Positions 22,159-31,252 of a DNA stretch of 64,000 nucleotides are shown here, one piece after another. Source of the stretch: Candidatus Hydrothermarchaeota archaeon (GTDB taxonomy: Archaea; CAYFZR01). The notes under the pieces were generated by a model. It made no database searches and had not been told where the DNA came from. It saw only the letters and a list, made by a program, of their open reading frames with translations. Within the stretch, counting starts at the first letter, position 1, and each line of letters opens with the position of its first letter. The DNA lies in contig JBHIEG010000002.1 in assembly GCA_046760505.1 (NCBI GenBank), positions 43,030 to 107,029 of the forward strand, in the 5' to 3' direction. The position numbers and the translations under genes are program-made.

Positions 22159-23667
22159 ATGAAAGAGATAGGAACCGTAATATCTGAACCAAGCCCTTCT
22201 CCAAGCGAATTCGCTTTTGTATTAAACGTTGATGGTTTGGCAGTAAGAAAGGGAAATTTTGTACAGTTAGAAACAGAAGAAGGAACAATGATAGCAAATG
22301 TGAAGGATTTATACAAATCTAACCGATATTTTGAGAAAGCAGAGACGGTGAGAGAATATGAAAGAAGTGGAAGGCCTTTAAGCAGCATATTCCCCGCACC
22401 CCGATGGGAGATAACGGTCGGAATCGCTAGACCACTTGGAGTTTTTTCATCCGAGACTTTGAATCGAGCAACCTATCCTCCATCCACAGGTACAAAGGTG
22501 TATCTAGCAGATGAAGGTTTGCTTTCCAAATTTTTGGGAAGTGAGGAGAATGGTATTAATGTAGGGACCTTAAGGTTTCATGATCTTCCAATAAAATTGA
22601 ATATGACTCGATTGTTTCAAAAACACCTTGCCATACTGGCTATGAGCGGAGCAGGGAAATCTTATCTTGTTTCTGTACTTTTAGAAGAGTTACTGAGCAG
22701 GAAAGAGGGGGGAAGGCTCGGCGTAATAATATTTGATGTTCACGGTGAGTATACGGGATTTTCAACAATCCCTCCTCAAGGGTATGTTGATTACAGCGGG
22801 AGTGTCAATGTATTTTCTGGGGAAGATATAAGTATTGGCGTCCCTAATTTAAGTGCAGGTGATTTCTCCAAGTTATTGCCCAATATAACACCCGTTCAAA
22901 AAAGAGAATTGAGCAGGATTTTGAACAACCTCAAAATGACCTTTGACTCATATTCACTAGAAGATATTGTCGAATTTATTCAAAAAGATCCTGACATGAA
23001 CAAAAAAACAAAAGAGGCGATGATAAGCTGGCTTATTGGACTGGATGACCTGGGTCTATTTGGAAAATACGATTATCCTTCTCTTAAAAAAATAGTCGAG
23101 CCAAGAAGGGCAACGATTTTCGACCTAAGCGATATAATCGATATGCAAAGGAAACAAATAATAGTTGCTCACATAGCGAGAAGACTCTTCAATCTAAGAA
23201 GATCTGGAGAAATTTGTCCATTTCTCATTGTTTTAGAGGAGGCACACCAGTTTATACCAGAAGGAGAAAGAGTTGCAAGAATAACAAGGGAAATATTTGA
23301 AACCATTGCAAGGGAAGGAAGAAAATTCTATGCTTCCCTTTGCTTGGTAAGCCAGCGACCAATAAAACTCTCAACAACGGTTCTCTCTCAGTGTAACACC
23401 CATATAATTCTAAGGGTGACAAATCCCTACGATCTCGACCATATAGGAAGGTCATCAGAGGGAATCACTCGAGATGTTCTGGACCAGATATCTACCCTTA
23501 GAGTCGGCGAGGCTCTGATTGTTGGAGAAGCTATAAATCAACCGATATTTGTAAAGGTAAGAGAGAGAACTTCACAGCCACCGTTGCACAGTCTAAGTCT
23601 TGAAGAGGCGTGCATACTCTATGAAAATAAAGAAAAAGAAGAGCTAGAAGATTCTGACATATACTGA
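22159..23667 (+). CDS. herA: HerA helicase/translocase (HAS barrel + DUF87 ATPase)
   Basis: KHLAILAMSGAGKS, DVHGEY, LEEAH, REGRKF, SQRP. Confidence 0.92.
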   Translation: MKEIGTVISEPSPSPSEFAFVLNVDGLAVRKGNFVQLETEEGTMIANVKDLYKSNRYFEKAETVREYERSGRPLSSIFPAPRWEITVGIARPLGVFSSETLNRATYPPSTGTKVYLADEGLLSKFLGSEENGINVGTLRFHDLPIKLNMTRLFQKHLAILAMSGAGKSYLVSVLLEELLSRKEGGRLGVIIFDVHGEYTGFSTIPPQGYVDYSGSVNVFSGEDISIGVPNLSAGDFSKLLPNITPVQKRELSRILNNLKMTFDSYSLEDIVEFIQKDPDMNKKTKEAMISWLIGLDDLGLFGKYDYPSLKKIVEPRRATIFDLSDIIDMQRKQIIVAHIARRLFNLRRSGEICPFLIVLEEAHQFIPEGERVARITREIFETIAREGRKFYASLCLVSQRPIKLSTTVLSQCNTHIILRVTNPYDLDHIGRSSEGITRDVLDQISTLRVGEALIVGEAINQPIFVKVRERTSQPPLHSLSLEEACILYENKEKEELEDSDIY

Positions 23668-23744
23668 AAACATGCAATTTTTGACATGAATACGAAAATT
23701 TGTATACGACAAATATATATACATCCTTATAGTTTTATTTATAC

Positions 23745-24038
23745 ATGGCAACATCGACATATGACGTATTAACAGACGTGAGCCAGATAAGGCCAAAGTA
23801 CCTTGCATCCTCAAATATATCTGAGCTATATACAGATGGAAAGAACACCCTCATACTGCTTAACAATGGAGAAAAACTTATCAGACCATTCAAATTTGGC
23901 ATAACTCATTTAGAAAGGAATTTTAATATTAAAATAACCGGTAAGCCAAAAACCGTGATAAAATACTCTGAAAACATAACCTTCAAAATAATTCACACGA
24001 TGGGCAAAATACTTGTGAAGATTTTAAGAAAAGGCTAG
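23745..24038 (+). CDS. Hypothetical protein
   Basis: 97 aa, TATA-rich sequence upstream. Confidence 0.5.
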   Translation: MATSTYDVLTDVSQIRPKYLASSNISELYTDGKNTLILLNNGEKLIRPFKFGITHLERNFNIKITGKPKTVIKYSENITFKIIHTMGKILVKILRKG

Positions 24039-24245
24039 CTACAATCTGAATTTTGCTCCACACTTTTGACATCTAAAGGTAATTCCTTCGTAGTGAGATA
24101 TATCTCCCACCACCACGCAACAGTTATCTTTACACTCAGGACATAGGATTCTTTTTTCGTTTGAAGCATGGGTCGCTAAACAAATTGCCCTTTTTAGAGC
24201 GGAATCGTAAAGACATATCTCTTCTTCATTTGTATCAGGCATCAC
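24039..24245 (-). CDS. Small Zn-ribbon protein
   Basis: CPEC...CQKCG; GAGGG SD upstream. Confidence 0.6.
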   Translation of the reverse strand: MMPDTNEEEICLYDSALKRAICLATHASNEKRILCPECKDNCCVVVGDISHYEGITFRCQKCGAKFRL

Positions 24246-24312
24246 AAACCCTCAATTATTTACCTACCACTCTTTTATTTTATTTAATATAAACTTTGTC
24301 TTTTAAAAAAAA

Positions 24313-24726
24313 TTAATCAACCCAGTACTCCTTAGATTCTGTGTATTCTTTCTTCCATATGGGTGCTTCTTCCTTTAGACGATCTATCATTTCTCTGACT
24401 GATTTAAAGCATTCTTCTCTGTGCCTAGAGGCTACAACGATATATATAATGTCTTCGCCGGGATATAATTCCCCTATTTTATGTGCTACTCTTATATCCA
24501 ATATGCCGTATTTTTCCATCAATTCTTCGATAATCTCATCCAACTTGGATTCAGCCAATTCCCTGTAACTGTCGAATTCTAACTTCATTACTCTTTCATT
24601 TTCAGATAATCCCCTCACCACACCAATGAAACAGCAAATCGCTCCGCATTCATTTTTGTTCTTTTTAATATCCTCAATTAATTCGCTTATCCCGGGAACT
24701 TCTTCGTCGACAATAACTCTCCTCAT
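24313..24726 (-). CDS. moaE: Molybdopterin synthase catalytic subunit
   Basis: GA...F.G.VR, H..G.L..GE, HR, K..APIWKKE. Confidence 0.93.
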   Translation of the reverse strand: MRRVIVDEEVPGISELIEDIKKNKNECGAICCFIGVVRGLSENERVMKLEFDSYRELAESKLDEIIEELMEKYGILDIRVAHKIGELYPGEDIIYIVVASRHREECFKSVREMIDRLKEEAPIWKKEYTESKEYWVD

Positions 24727-24998
24727 AAAAAGCCACCAGAAACAGGGGGAAATATTGCAATTTCATCGTTTTCCCCTATTTTTTTATCTATTTCATCTAT
24801 TTTTACTATTTTGCTGTTCAACAGTATGGTAACGTAATCCCTGAGATTTCCCCTCTCGTCAAATATGAGTTTTCTCATTTCGTCTCCGTACTGATCTGCG
24901 ATTTCATTTAAAATCTCTTTTATGGTGCCTCCTTTAATATTTTCTTCTCTTTTTTTAGTTTTCTCTTTGAACACTGCAAAATATTTTACCTTAGGCAT
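24723..24998 (-). CDS. moaD: MoaD/SAMP ubiquitin-like sulfur carrier, di-Gly followed by FL
   Basis: V.YFA.F, C-terminal IAIFPPVSGG-FL. Confidence 0.88.
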   Translation of the reverse strand: MPKVKYFAVFKEKTKKREENIKGGTIKEILNEIADQYGDEMRKLIFDERGNLRDYVTILLNSKIVKIDEIDKKIGENDEIAIFPPVSGGFL

Positions 24999-25123
24999 AT
25001 TTCCACCTTAGGGTCTTAACTCCACTTATATAATTTATCCTCGTAACCGCATCGTGAAGGTTATTTGATATAATTATTTAAATATAACTAGTTATAATTT
25101 TATTTACAACAGAGGGATTTCAT

Positions 25124-25939
25124 ATGTATGTCAGGAAGGAAATATACGAGGCACTGCAAACATTAGGCTTGAATGAACATGAGGTAAACACATACATAGC
25201 ACTTGTAGCGGGAGGATCACTTACCGCAAGCGAGATAAGCGATGCTACGGAAATAGTGAGACCTAGAGTTTACGGAATACTTGAAGATCTGGAGAAAAAA
25301 GGGCTTGTAAATATTCAGCATAGCAGACCAATGAGATTTAGAGCTGTTTCACCAGAAGAGGCGATCAAAAACCTTAGATCTATCATTGAAAGAGAATATG
25401 CATGCAAAATGTCAGAACTCAAAAAGATAGAGGAGAACATGCTATATGAATTAAAAGGGTTATTCAACAAAAGTTTAGAATTGACAAGACCTGAGGATAT
25501 ATTTTGGACACTAACCGGGAGAAAAAACATATATCACAAACTTGATGAATCCATTAGAAATTCCAAGGAGAGAATTATACTTATAAGCAGAGGCGATGGA
25601 ATAAACAGGTGCGTAAAATATCTATATGATCCGCTAGAGCAGGCGAGGAAAAACGGCGTATTAATCAAAAACATAGTTCCTATAAAGAAAGAAAACCTTA
25701 ATGATATCATGAAACTCTCTAAAATCATGGAAATAAGACATATAGATAATGTTTATGCAAAATTCTGGGTTTTTGACGACAAAGACGTTATGATATTTAC
25801 CGACATCGAGAGCAAGCCTGGTTTTGATATCGGCGTTTGGACCAAGCATAAAAATGTCGCAGCCATGTTCGATTTCTTTTTTGATTGTGCATGGAGAGGT
25901 TCAAAGTCTTTGGAAGAAAGAGTGGCTGAACTGAAATAA
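25124..25939 (+). CDS. TrmB-family transcriptional regulator
   Basis: LGL..E...Y.AL wHTH, R.RVY.IL..LE.KG; PLD-like effector domain. Confidence 0.9.
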   Translation: MYVRKEIYEALQTLGLNEHEVNTYIALVAGGSLTASEISDATEIVRPRVYGILEDLEKKGLVNIQHSRPMRFRAVSPEEAIKNLRSIIEREYACKMSELKKIEENMLYELKGLFNKSLELTRPEDIFWTLTGRKNIYHKLDESIRNSKERIILISRGDGINRCVKYLYDPLEQARKNGVLIKNIVPIKKENLNDIMKLSKIMEIRHIDNVYAKFWVFDDKDVMIFTDIESKPGFDIGVWTKHKNVAAMFDFFFDCAWRGSKSLEERVAELK

Positions 25940-26026
25940 TCTCGGGATTTCATTTATTAACTTTTATTTCTCACTTCATAAAAGTTTATTAAGGAAAAAG
26001 ATTCATTCCCCATATAAGGTGATTGG

Positions 26027-26902
26027 ATGAAATACGCTCCACACATATTTTTCATTTTAATTATTTCTTTCACATCTGTTGCCTTTTCACAGTCCATAAG
26101 TGTGAGTTCAAGTTACCCTGATTTCATAGCTCAGGGTGACAAAGGTGTAGTCCTTTTAACCATTAAAAACGATTTTGATAAACCCAGAGAAGTATCTATT
26201 TTCATTCATACATCTGCTTTTGATGTAATCGGGCACAATCCGGTTAATTTTACGATCCTCCCTATGACAACGAAGAGCGTTCCATTCGTTCTAACACCAG
26301 TAAAAGAGCCTGGTTACTACAAGGTAGACGTCATAATTAGCGTAGACAATAAGATAAAGGGACAAGAATTCTACATAGAAATAAGGAAACCGATGATGGT
26401 AATCAATTTTCCAAGAATTGCCATTTTCATACTGTTTATTTTTGCCTTCTATCTTGTACTTGCTTTTTTAAGGGGAGAATCATTAAGAAAAGAGTTCAAC
26501 GAACTCGTTAAGTCTCTTGTTTTTGCATTGGCCCTTTATTTTGTATTAAGCAGTTTATTAACTTATGCTTTTAATTCAGATACACCCATAGTCGCTGTTG
26601 CGTCAGATAGCATGGTTCCGACATTAAATAGGGGGGACGTTTTGTTTGTAAAGGGAGGAGAAGACATAAATGAAGGAGATATTATAGTTTACAGAAGTCC
26701 GGTTGGAAACATACCGATTATCCATAGGGTTATAAAAGTTAAAGACAACCAGACATATATAACTAAAGGAGATGCGAATCCAGCACCAGATCCATGGGAG
26801 GTAAAGAAAAGTTGGGTAACCGGCAAGGTAATTATGATAGATCATAGACCCCTTCTCATTCCATGGATCGGTAAGTTGCGTTTGATCCTCTCTGGCTTGT
26901 GA
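26027..26902 (+). CDS. Signal peptidase I (S26/Sec11) fused behind a secreted Ig-like domain and 2 TM
   Basis: VASDSMVP (Ser), PIIHRV (His), TKGDAN; N-terminal signal peptide plus ~100-aa beta-sandwich-like segment. Confidence 0.85.
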   Translation: MKYAPHIFFILIISFTSVAFSQSISVSSSYPDFIAQGDKGVVLLTIKNDFDKPREVSIFIHTSAFDVIGHNPVNFTILPMTTKSVPFVLTPVKEPGYYKVDVIISVDNKIKGQEFYIEIRKPMMVINFPRIAIFILFIFAFYLVLAFLRGESLRKEFNELVKSLVFALALYFVLSSLLTYAFNSDTPIVAVASDSMVPTLNRGDVLFVKGGEDINEGDIIVYRSPVGNIPIIHRVIKVKDNQTYITKGDANPAPDPWEVKKSWVTGKVIMIDHRPLLIPWIGKLRLILSGL

Positions 26903-26903
26903 G

Positions 26904-27248
26904 GTGATTAAAATAGAACTGATAAAAATACCGAAGACAAGATGTATCGTATGTAGTCAGATGCATAAAAGAAAAAAAATAGAATTTGAGGAATTACACT
27001 GGGACATCGTAAGCGGCGCATTTTCTGAAGAACAAATATACTTCTGCCCTGCTCATATCGATGAATTCGTGGATTGGATAATAAAAAATCCCAAGATGCT
27101 TGAGAAAAAAATTCCTGCAAGCGGATTAATGATCAATGCCGAAATAGCAACTCCAATTGATGTATTGGGATTATTAAAAAAGAGAATAAATGAAAAAATC
27201 GAGTTCTATAAAAAAATAGATGAAAAACTGGAGTTCTTGAACAAATAA
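26904..27248 (+). CDS. Hypothetical protein, possible Zn finger (CxxC...CxxH)
   Basis: CIVC and CPAH; abuts the S26 gene. Confidence 0.6.
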   Translation: MIKIELIKIPKTRCIVCSQMHKRKKIEFEELHWDIVSGAFSEEQIYFCPAHIDEFVDWIIKNPKMLEKKIPASGLMINAEIATPIDVLGLLKKRINEKIEFYKKIDEKLEFLNK

Positions 27249-27318
27249 AGTATTTCCCATCAGGGAAAAATCAAAGCAATTTCGCGGGATGATTGATAGA
27301 TAAAGGAGGCTTCACTGT

Positions 27319-27903
27319 TTATTTTAAGTTTCTTATTCTAAATAAATCCGGATAAAATAAAAAAATCATGCCCAGAGAGATTAAGATTAGAGATATCCAA
27401 AATAGTTTAAGATGTATCCTAGATGAGAGAATTATGAAATCAAATATGAAAAGAATTATCCCCAAATGCAATAGACCAGAGCCAAGCTGTAGGGTAAACC
27501 CGATCTTCTTAAAAAATAGTTTCTTTCTTTGAATCAATGCAATTATCAAATACAATTGAATCGTCAATAAAACAATAAAAAGGAATGCAAGAGCGAATTT
27601 TAAATCGTAAATGGAAATAAATAAGGTTGATACTAAAATTAATGAGATTATTCTGATAATTTTCTCGTAAAAAATTCTTTTTGGAATGCAAATTCCCAAA
27701 AGGATGACTATGACCAGTATAAAGGGTAAAGATAACTTGGTCAGATGCTGAACGTAATTATCATATAACGGAGTCTGTTCCCAGTTCACAAACCTCAAAC
27801 TGTATGTATGCCCTAGGATAACACCGTAGAAAAAGACAATTCCCAGTAAGAATAGTACACAAAACGTAATCTCTTCTAGGCTTTCATGGATTCTTTTATG
27901 CAT
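27319..27903 (-). CDS. Membrane protein, probable C-terminal part of a split CcmF (CcmF2-like)
   Basis: About 6 TM, GSGLLHLG His motif, overlaps and follows the CcmF1-like gene. Confidence 0.55.
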   Translation of the reverse strand: MHKRIHESLEEITFCVLFLLGIVFFYGVILGHTYSLRFVNWEQTPLYDNYVQHLTKLSLPFILVIVILLGICIPKRIFYEKIIRIISLILVSTLFISIYDLKFALAFLFIVLLTIQLYLIIALIQRKKLFFKKIGFTLQLGSGLLHLGIILFIFDFIILSSRIHLKLFWISLILISLGMIFLFYPDLFRIRNLK

Positions 27904-28825
27904 AGGTGTGAACTCCTTTTACGTAATATGAGATAAGGAATGTAAAAATCAAAGAAATGTAACAAAATATTGCAACGCCTGCGATTACTTTTTTGTTCCT
28001 GTTTGTCAATCGAAGATGTAAGTAACCAGTGTAGAATAACCATAGCATTATGGAAGCGTTTATTTTTGGAGAAAACCACCATTTTTCGTCTTTCCATGCT
28101 TCAATTGCCCATGGATAACCAATTAGTAATCCTATGGTTAGCAAAAAATATCCAAACTTCGCGTAAGAAATCGCTGTCTGATCTCCTTTATCTTTAATCA
28201 ATACCAGGCCAGACATGGAAAAATTCAAAAAAAGCGATCCATAAGAAGCAAATAACAAAGGTGGATGTATCCACATGTAGGATGAGTTGTAATAGTAGAT
28301 CGCCTTTGAATAAAGGCGGGAATACGCATAGAATATTGTCTGATAATCGTAGTAAGCAGCATGAGAAGATTGAATAACCCAACCGTACAACTCTTTAGAA
28401 AAATTTGGAAGTGGTTCCAGAAATGGATTTGAGTATATGCATACGATCAATGTAAAAATCGCTATTGGAATGCTAGCTGCAATTTTTTCTTCTCTTTTAA
28501 TTGGAATCGAGAGTAAGACTGCGATAAAACACCAAAAGTACAATTTTTCGTTTTCAATCCATAGAGGAATCTTAAATCTAAAGTAAAAGTCGGAATAAGG
28601 ATTTTTAATTATCAACTGGGATATTTTATAGTGAAAGAATGCCAAGAAGATGAATCCGAGTAAAAAAAGAGAAGCATGTATGTATAGCGGTATTTCCGAC
28701 TTAGATTTTTTTAAAGAAAAGAAAATAAGAGAAAATGAGGACAAAATAAGTAAAGGAGTTAAAATTTCTCCAAAACCTATGGTTAGATCAAGGATCTCCA
28801 TGTAATTAGCCCATAGTGTAGACAT
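27896..28825 (-). CDS. Cytochrome c assembly protein (WWD domain; CcmF1/CcsA-like heme lyase)
   Basis: MWIHPP, YPWAIEAW...WWFSPKINAS WWD loop, YLH, terminal GVHTYA. Confidence 0.88.
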   Translation of the reverse strand: MSTLWANYMEILDLTIGFGEILTPLLILSSFSLIFFSLKKSKSEIPLYIHASLFLLGFIFLAFFHYKISQLIIKNPYSDFYFRFKIPLWIENEKLYFWCFIAVLLSIPIKREEKIAASIPIAIFTLIVCIYSNPFLEPLPNFSKELYGWVIQSSHAAYYDYQTIFYAYSRLYSKAIYYYNSSYMWIHPPLLFASYGSLFLNFSMSGLVLIKDKGDQTAISYAKFGYFLLTIGLLIGYPWAIEAWKDEKWWFSPKINASIMLWLFYTGYLHLRLTNRNKKVIAGVAIFCYISLIFTFLISYYVKGVHTYA

Positions 28826-28915
28826 ATCCTTACTCTGAACCTACCGACTTAAATGTTTTGATATAAAATAATTTATACTCCAAAAAACATTTTTATAAAC
28901 AAGGGCGTGCGCTAG

Positions 28916-29227
28916 ATGAAGTACGATGTTAAATGCAATAAATGTTCAACCAGATTTGTGGTTGAAAAAAATCCTAGTTGTCCAAGAAAAAAACCCAAAC
29001 ATCTGCTAGCACTCTGTCCAACATGTAACGTAACCAGAAAAACCATAGTCTCACTTTCTAAAGATAACTACGAAAATACAAGGGCTCTATCCAAATTGTT
29101 ATATATGTGTGCGTTGATTTATTTCGCATATATGATCGTAGAGATTTATTTAGTAAATGCAATAAATCTGGCAGATATATTGCTGTTGTTTGTACTCGGC
29201 ATGAGCGGATATATAACATCAAGGTGA
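28916..29227 (+). CDS. Zn-ribbon + 2-TM membrane protein (paralogue A)
   Basis: CNKC...CPTC then two TM. Confidence 0.7.
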   Translation: MKYDVKCNKCSTRFVVEKNPSCPRKKPKHLLALCPTCNVTRKTIVSLSKDNYENTRALSKLLYMCALIYFAYMIVEIYLVNAINLADILLLFVLGMSGYITSR

Positions 29228-29232
29228 ATAAA

Positions 29233-29700
29233 ATGGCTATACTCGAAAGCAAAGAAGACAAGCAGTGGAGGGAATTTTTAAGCTGGATAGCAGGTAAAAA
29301 ATTTAAGGATGTGGATGGCGCATTCGAATGGCTTGGTATAGAGGCCAAGAAGTTGAATGTGGATCCTCACAAATACATGGAATTACTCGGTCTCCTAGCA
29401 AAAACAATAAGTGCTTATGATAGCGCGGAGTTGATGGGGGCCGGCTTGCCAGAGTTTTTGAAGTCATACAATAAATTGAAAGAAGAAGCAAGCGATGAAT
29501 TTCCAAATGTCATAAGAACTATATTGGTAGGACTACAAATGAGATTTGTCGGAGATGCCATCTCTGTGGGCGGTGAGAAAGGTTTCATGCGACTTTCCAT
29601 TACATTGGGCTCAAGGATGATCGAACAAATTTTGTTTGGCGATAATCAGGTAAAAGAATTTCCATGGAGAGAAATCATAGAACTTGTGAAGGAAGAGTAA
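29233..29700 (+). CDS. Hypothetical alpha-helical protein
   Basis: ATG 29233 after AGGTGA SD. Confidence 0.65.
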   Translation: MAILESKEDKQWREFLSWIAGKKFKDVDGAFEWLGIEAKKLNVDPHKYMELLGLLAKTISAYDSAELMGAGLPEFLKSYNKLKEEASDEFPNVIRTILVGLQMRFVGDAISVGGEKGFMRLSITLGSRMIEQILFGDNQVKEFPWREIIELVKEE

Positions 29701-29953
29701 TGCGGGAGTCTGATTAAAATCCAATTTCTACCACCTTGCCTAGCTCTGTTGCAAGAGATCAGTCAAAAAAAGCTTTTGATATAGAATATCCTCATCATAT
29801 GTGAAAACTTCTTAGAAATGTTTAAAAGAAGAATTTTTTAGAGTAATAAACAAGAGAATAACATGCACCATTCGCTCTTCAAAACCAGATAACATAGATT
29901 TTAAATATTATCCATGAATTTTTTAAAATTAGACTTGTAACGCAGGTGTATGT

Positions 29954-30331
29954 ATGCAAGAGGATGAAATGTGGCATGTTATGTGTAGGGTTTGCGGGAA
30001 TAAATTCTACATAAAAAAACCTGCCAGAGAGTATGAGTTCCTTCTTAATCAATGCACGACCTGTAATGCACTTAGAAGAGTTTATGTTCTGGAAAAAGGT
30101 AAGCGGCGAGTCTTAAAGTATTATTATTTCCCCCGTATCAAAAAATTGGCAAGTCACCTCTTTACCTCAGTATTTTTTTTAGTGATGCTCGGAATCATGT
30201 TCCTTGGAGGGGGTCTGGCATACTTGGCCTATACAGCTCAGTACGACTTTGGAGGCCATATAGGACTAGCAGCAATAGCCGTTGCTCTATTCTTGATCAT
30301 CGACAAAGTATATGAACTTAAATTTGGATAG
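29954..30331 (+). CDS. Zn-ribbon + 2-TM membrane protein (paralogue B)
   Basis: CRVC...CTTC then two TM. Confidence 0.7.
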   Translation: MQEDEMWHVMCRVCGNKFYIKKPAREYEFLLNQCTTCNALRRVYVLEKGKRRVLKYYYFPRIKKLASHLFTSVFFLVMLGIMFLGGGLAYLAYTAQYDFGGHIGLAAIAVALFLIIDKVYELKFG

Positions 30332-30340
30332 TGGTAAGTC

Positions 30341-31036
30341 ATGGCTATTCCAGAAAAATTGAAAGAAGCAGATAAAATACTGTACGTTGAAATGGCATTC
30401 GGAGTGCTCCTACTTTTTTTTGCCATATACGGTATAGTTAACGCCTTTGATTATTTTGCCTCCGCATGGATGGGTCACATGGGAGACAGACTTGTTAGCA
30501 GGAGTGAAATTATTCCGTTTTGGAGAAGCGCCTTGGCTTCATGTGTGAGAATGGTTATTGTCGCCTTCATAGGAGGAGTGCTCACCGCTCACTCAGCGAT
30601 AGGTATTTTCGGAGAAGAAAGGTTATATGGACCCATTGCATCTGCGATGGAACAGATTACGTCAAAAGAGAGAAGTGGTAAGATAAAAATATCCGACGGT
30701 ATTTCTTTTATAACGGCTAAACTACACCGAAAAAACGCTCCGAGAACTGTTAATGCTTTATTAAATAAATTGCCATTATCGGTTGAGAAAGTCGAAGTGT
30801 ACAACGACAACGTTTTACTTTTAAATTTTGAACTTGATGTTGAAGGTGAAAACCAACGGATAACCATAAAAAATGGAGAAATAGGTTATATACCAGAGTT
30901 AAAACAAATTTGCATTGCAATCAATGAGGAAAGGATGATTTCCCCGGTGAATATAATCGGTAAAGTGGAAGAAGGAGATGCTTCTGCTCTACAAATAGAT
31001 AGAGGACTATCTATTAAAACATCGATGGTGGAATAA
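30341..31036 (+). CDS. 2-TM domain fused to cyclophilin-like (TM1367/DUF369-type) domain
   Basis: APRTV.AL...LP, GEIGY.P..K.ICI, SPVN.IGKV. Confidence 0.7.
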   Translation: MAIPEKLKEADKILYVEMAFGVLLLFFAIYGIVNAFDYFASAWMGHMGDRLVSRSEIIPFWRSALASCVRMVIVAFIGGVLTAHSAIGIFGEERLYGPIASAMEQITSKERSGKIKISDGISFITAKLHRKNAPRTVNALLNKLPLSVEKVEVYNDNVLLLNFELDVEGENQRITIKNGEIGYIPELKQICIAINEERMISPVNIIGKVEEGDASALQIDRGLSIKTSMVE

Positions 31037-31042
31037 TGATAG

Positions 31043-31252
31043 ATGGATAAAGACATTAGGATCTTAATAATCCTCCTCTGCATTATTATTGGTTTTTTGA
31101 TTTTAAGAGGTGTGGGATTTATACTTGCTGGCACATCTCTCATCATAATCTTTGGTTTCTCTCATCATCATTCTACCCTAACTTACATTCTTGAAGTACT
31201 CGGGATAATGTTCGTATTGTATGGAATAATAAGACTATACAGGGAGATTTGA
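31043..31252 (+). CDS. Small membrane protein
   Basis: 69 aa, highly hydrophobic, follows the upstream gene. Confidence 0.55.
   Translation: MDKDIRILIILLCIIIGFLILRGVGFILAGTSLIIIFGFSHHHSTLTYILEVLGIMFVLYGIIRLYREI

Noticed and set aside
29701-29953. 250-bp gap as a possible pseudogene or ncRNA
   Set aside because: No recognisable reading frame or stable structure
26904-30331. CxxC/CxxH proteins as additional cytochromes
   Set aside because: No CxxCH motif and no signal peptide; they look like Zn ribbons
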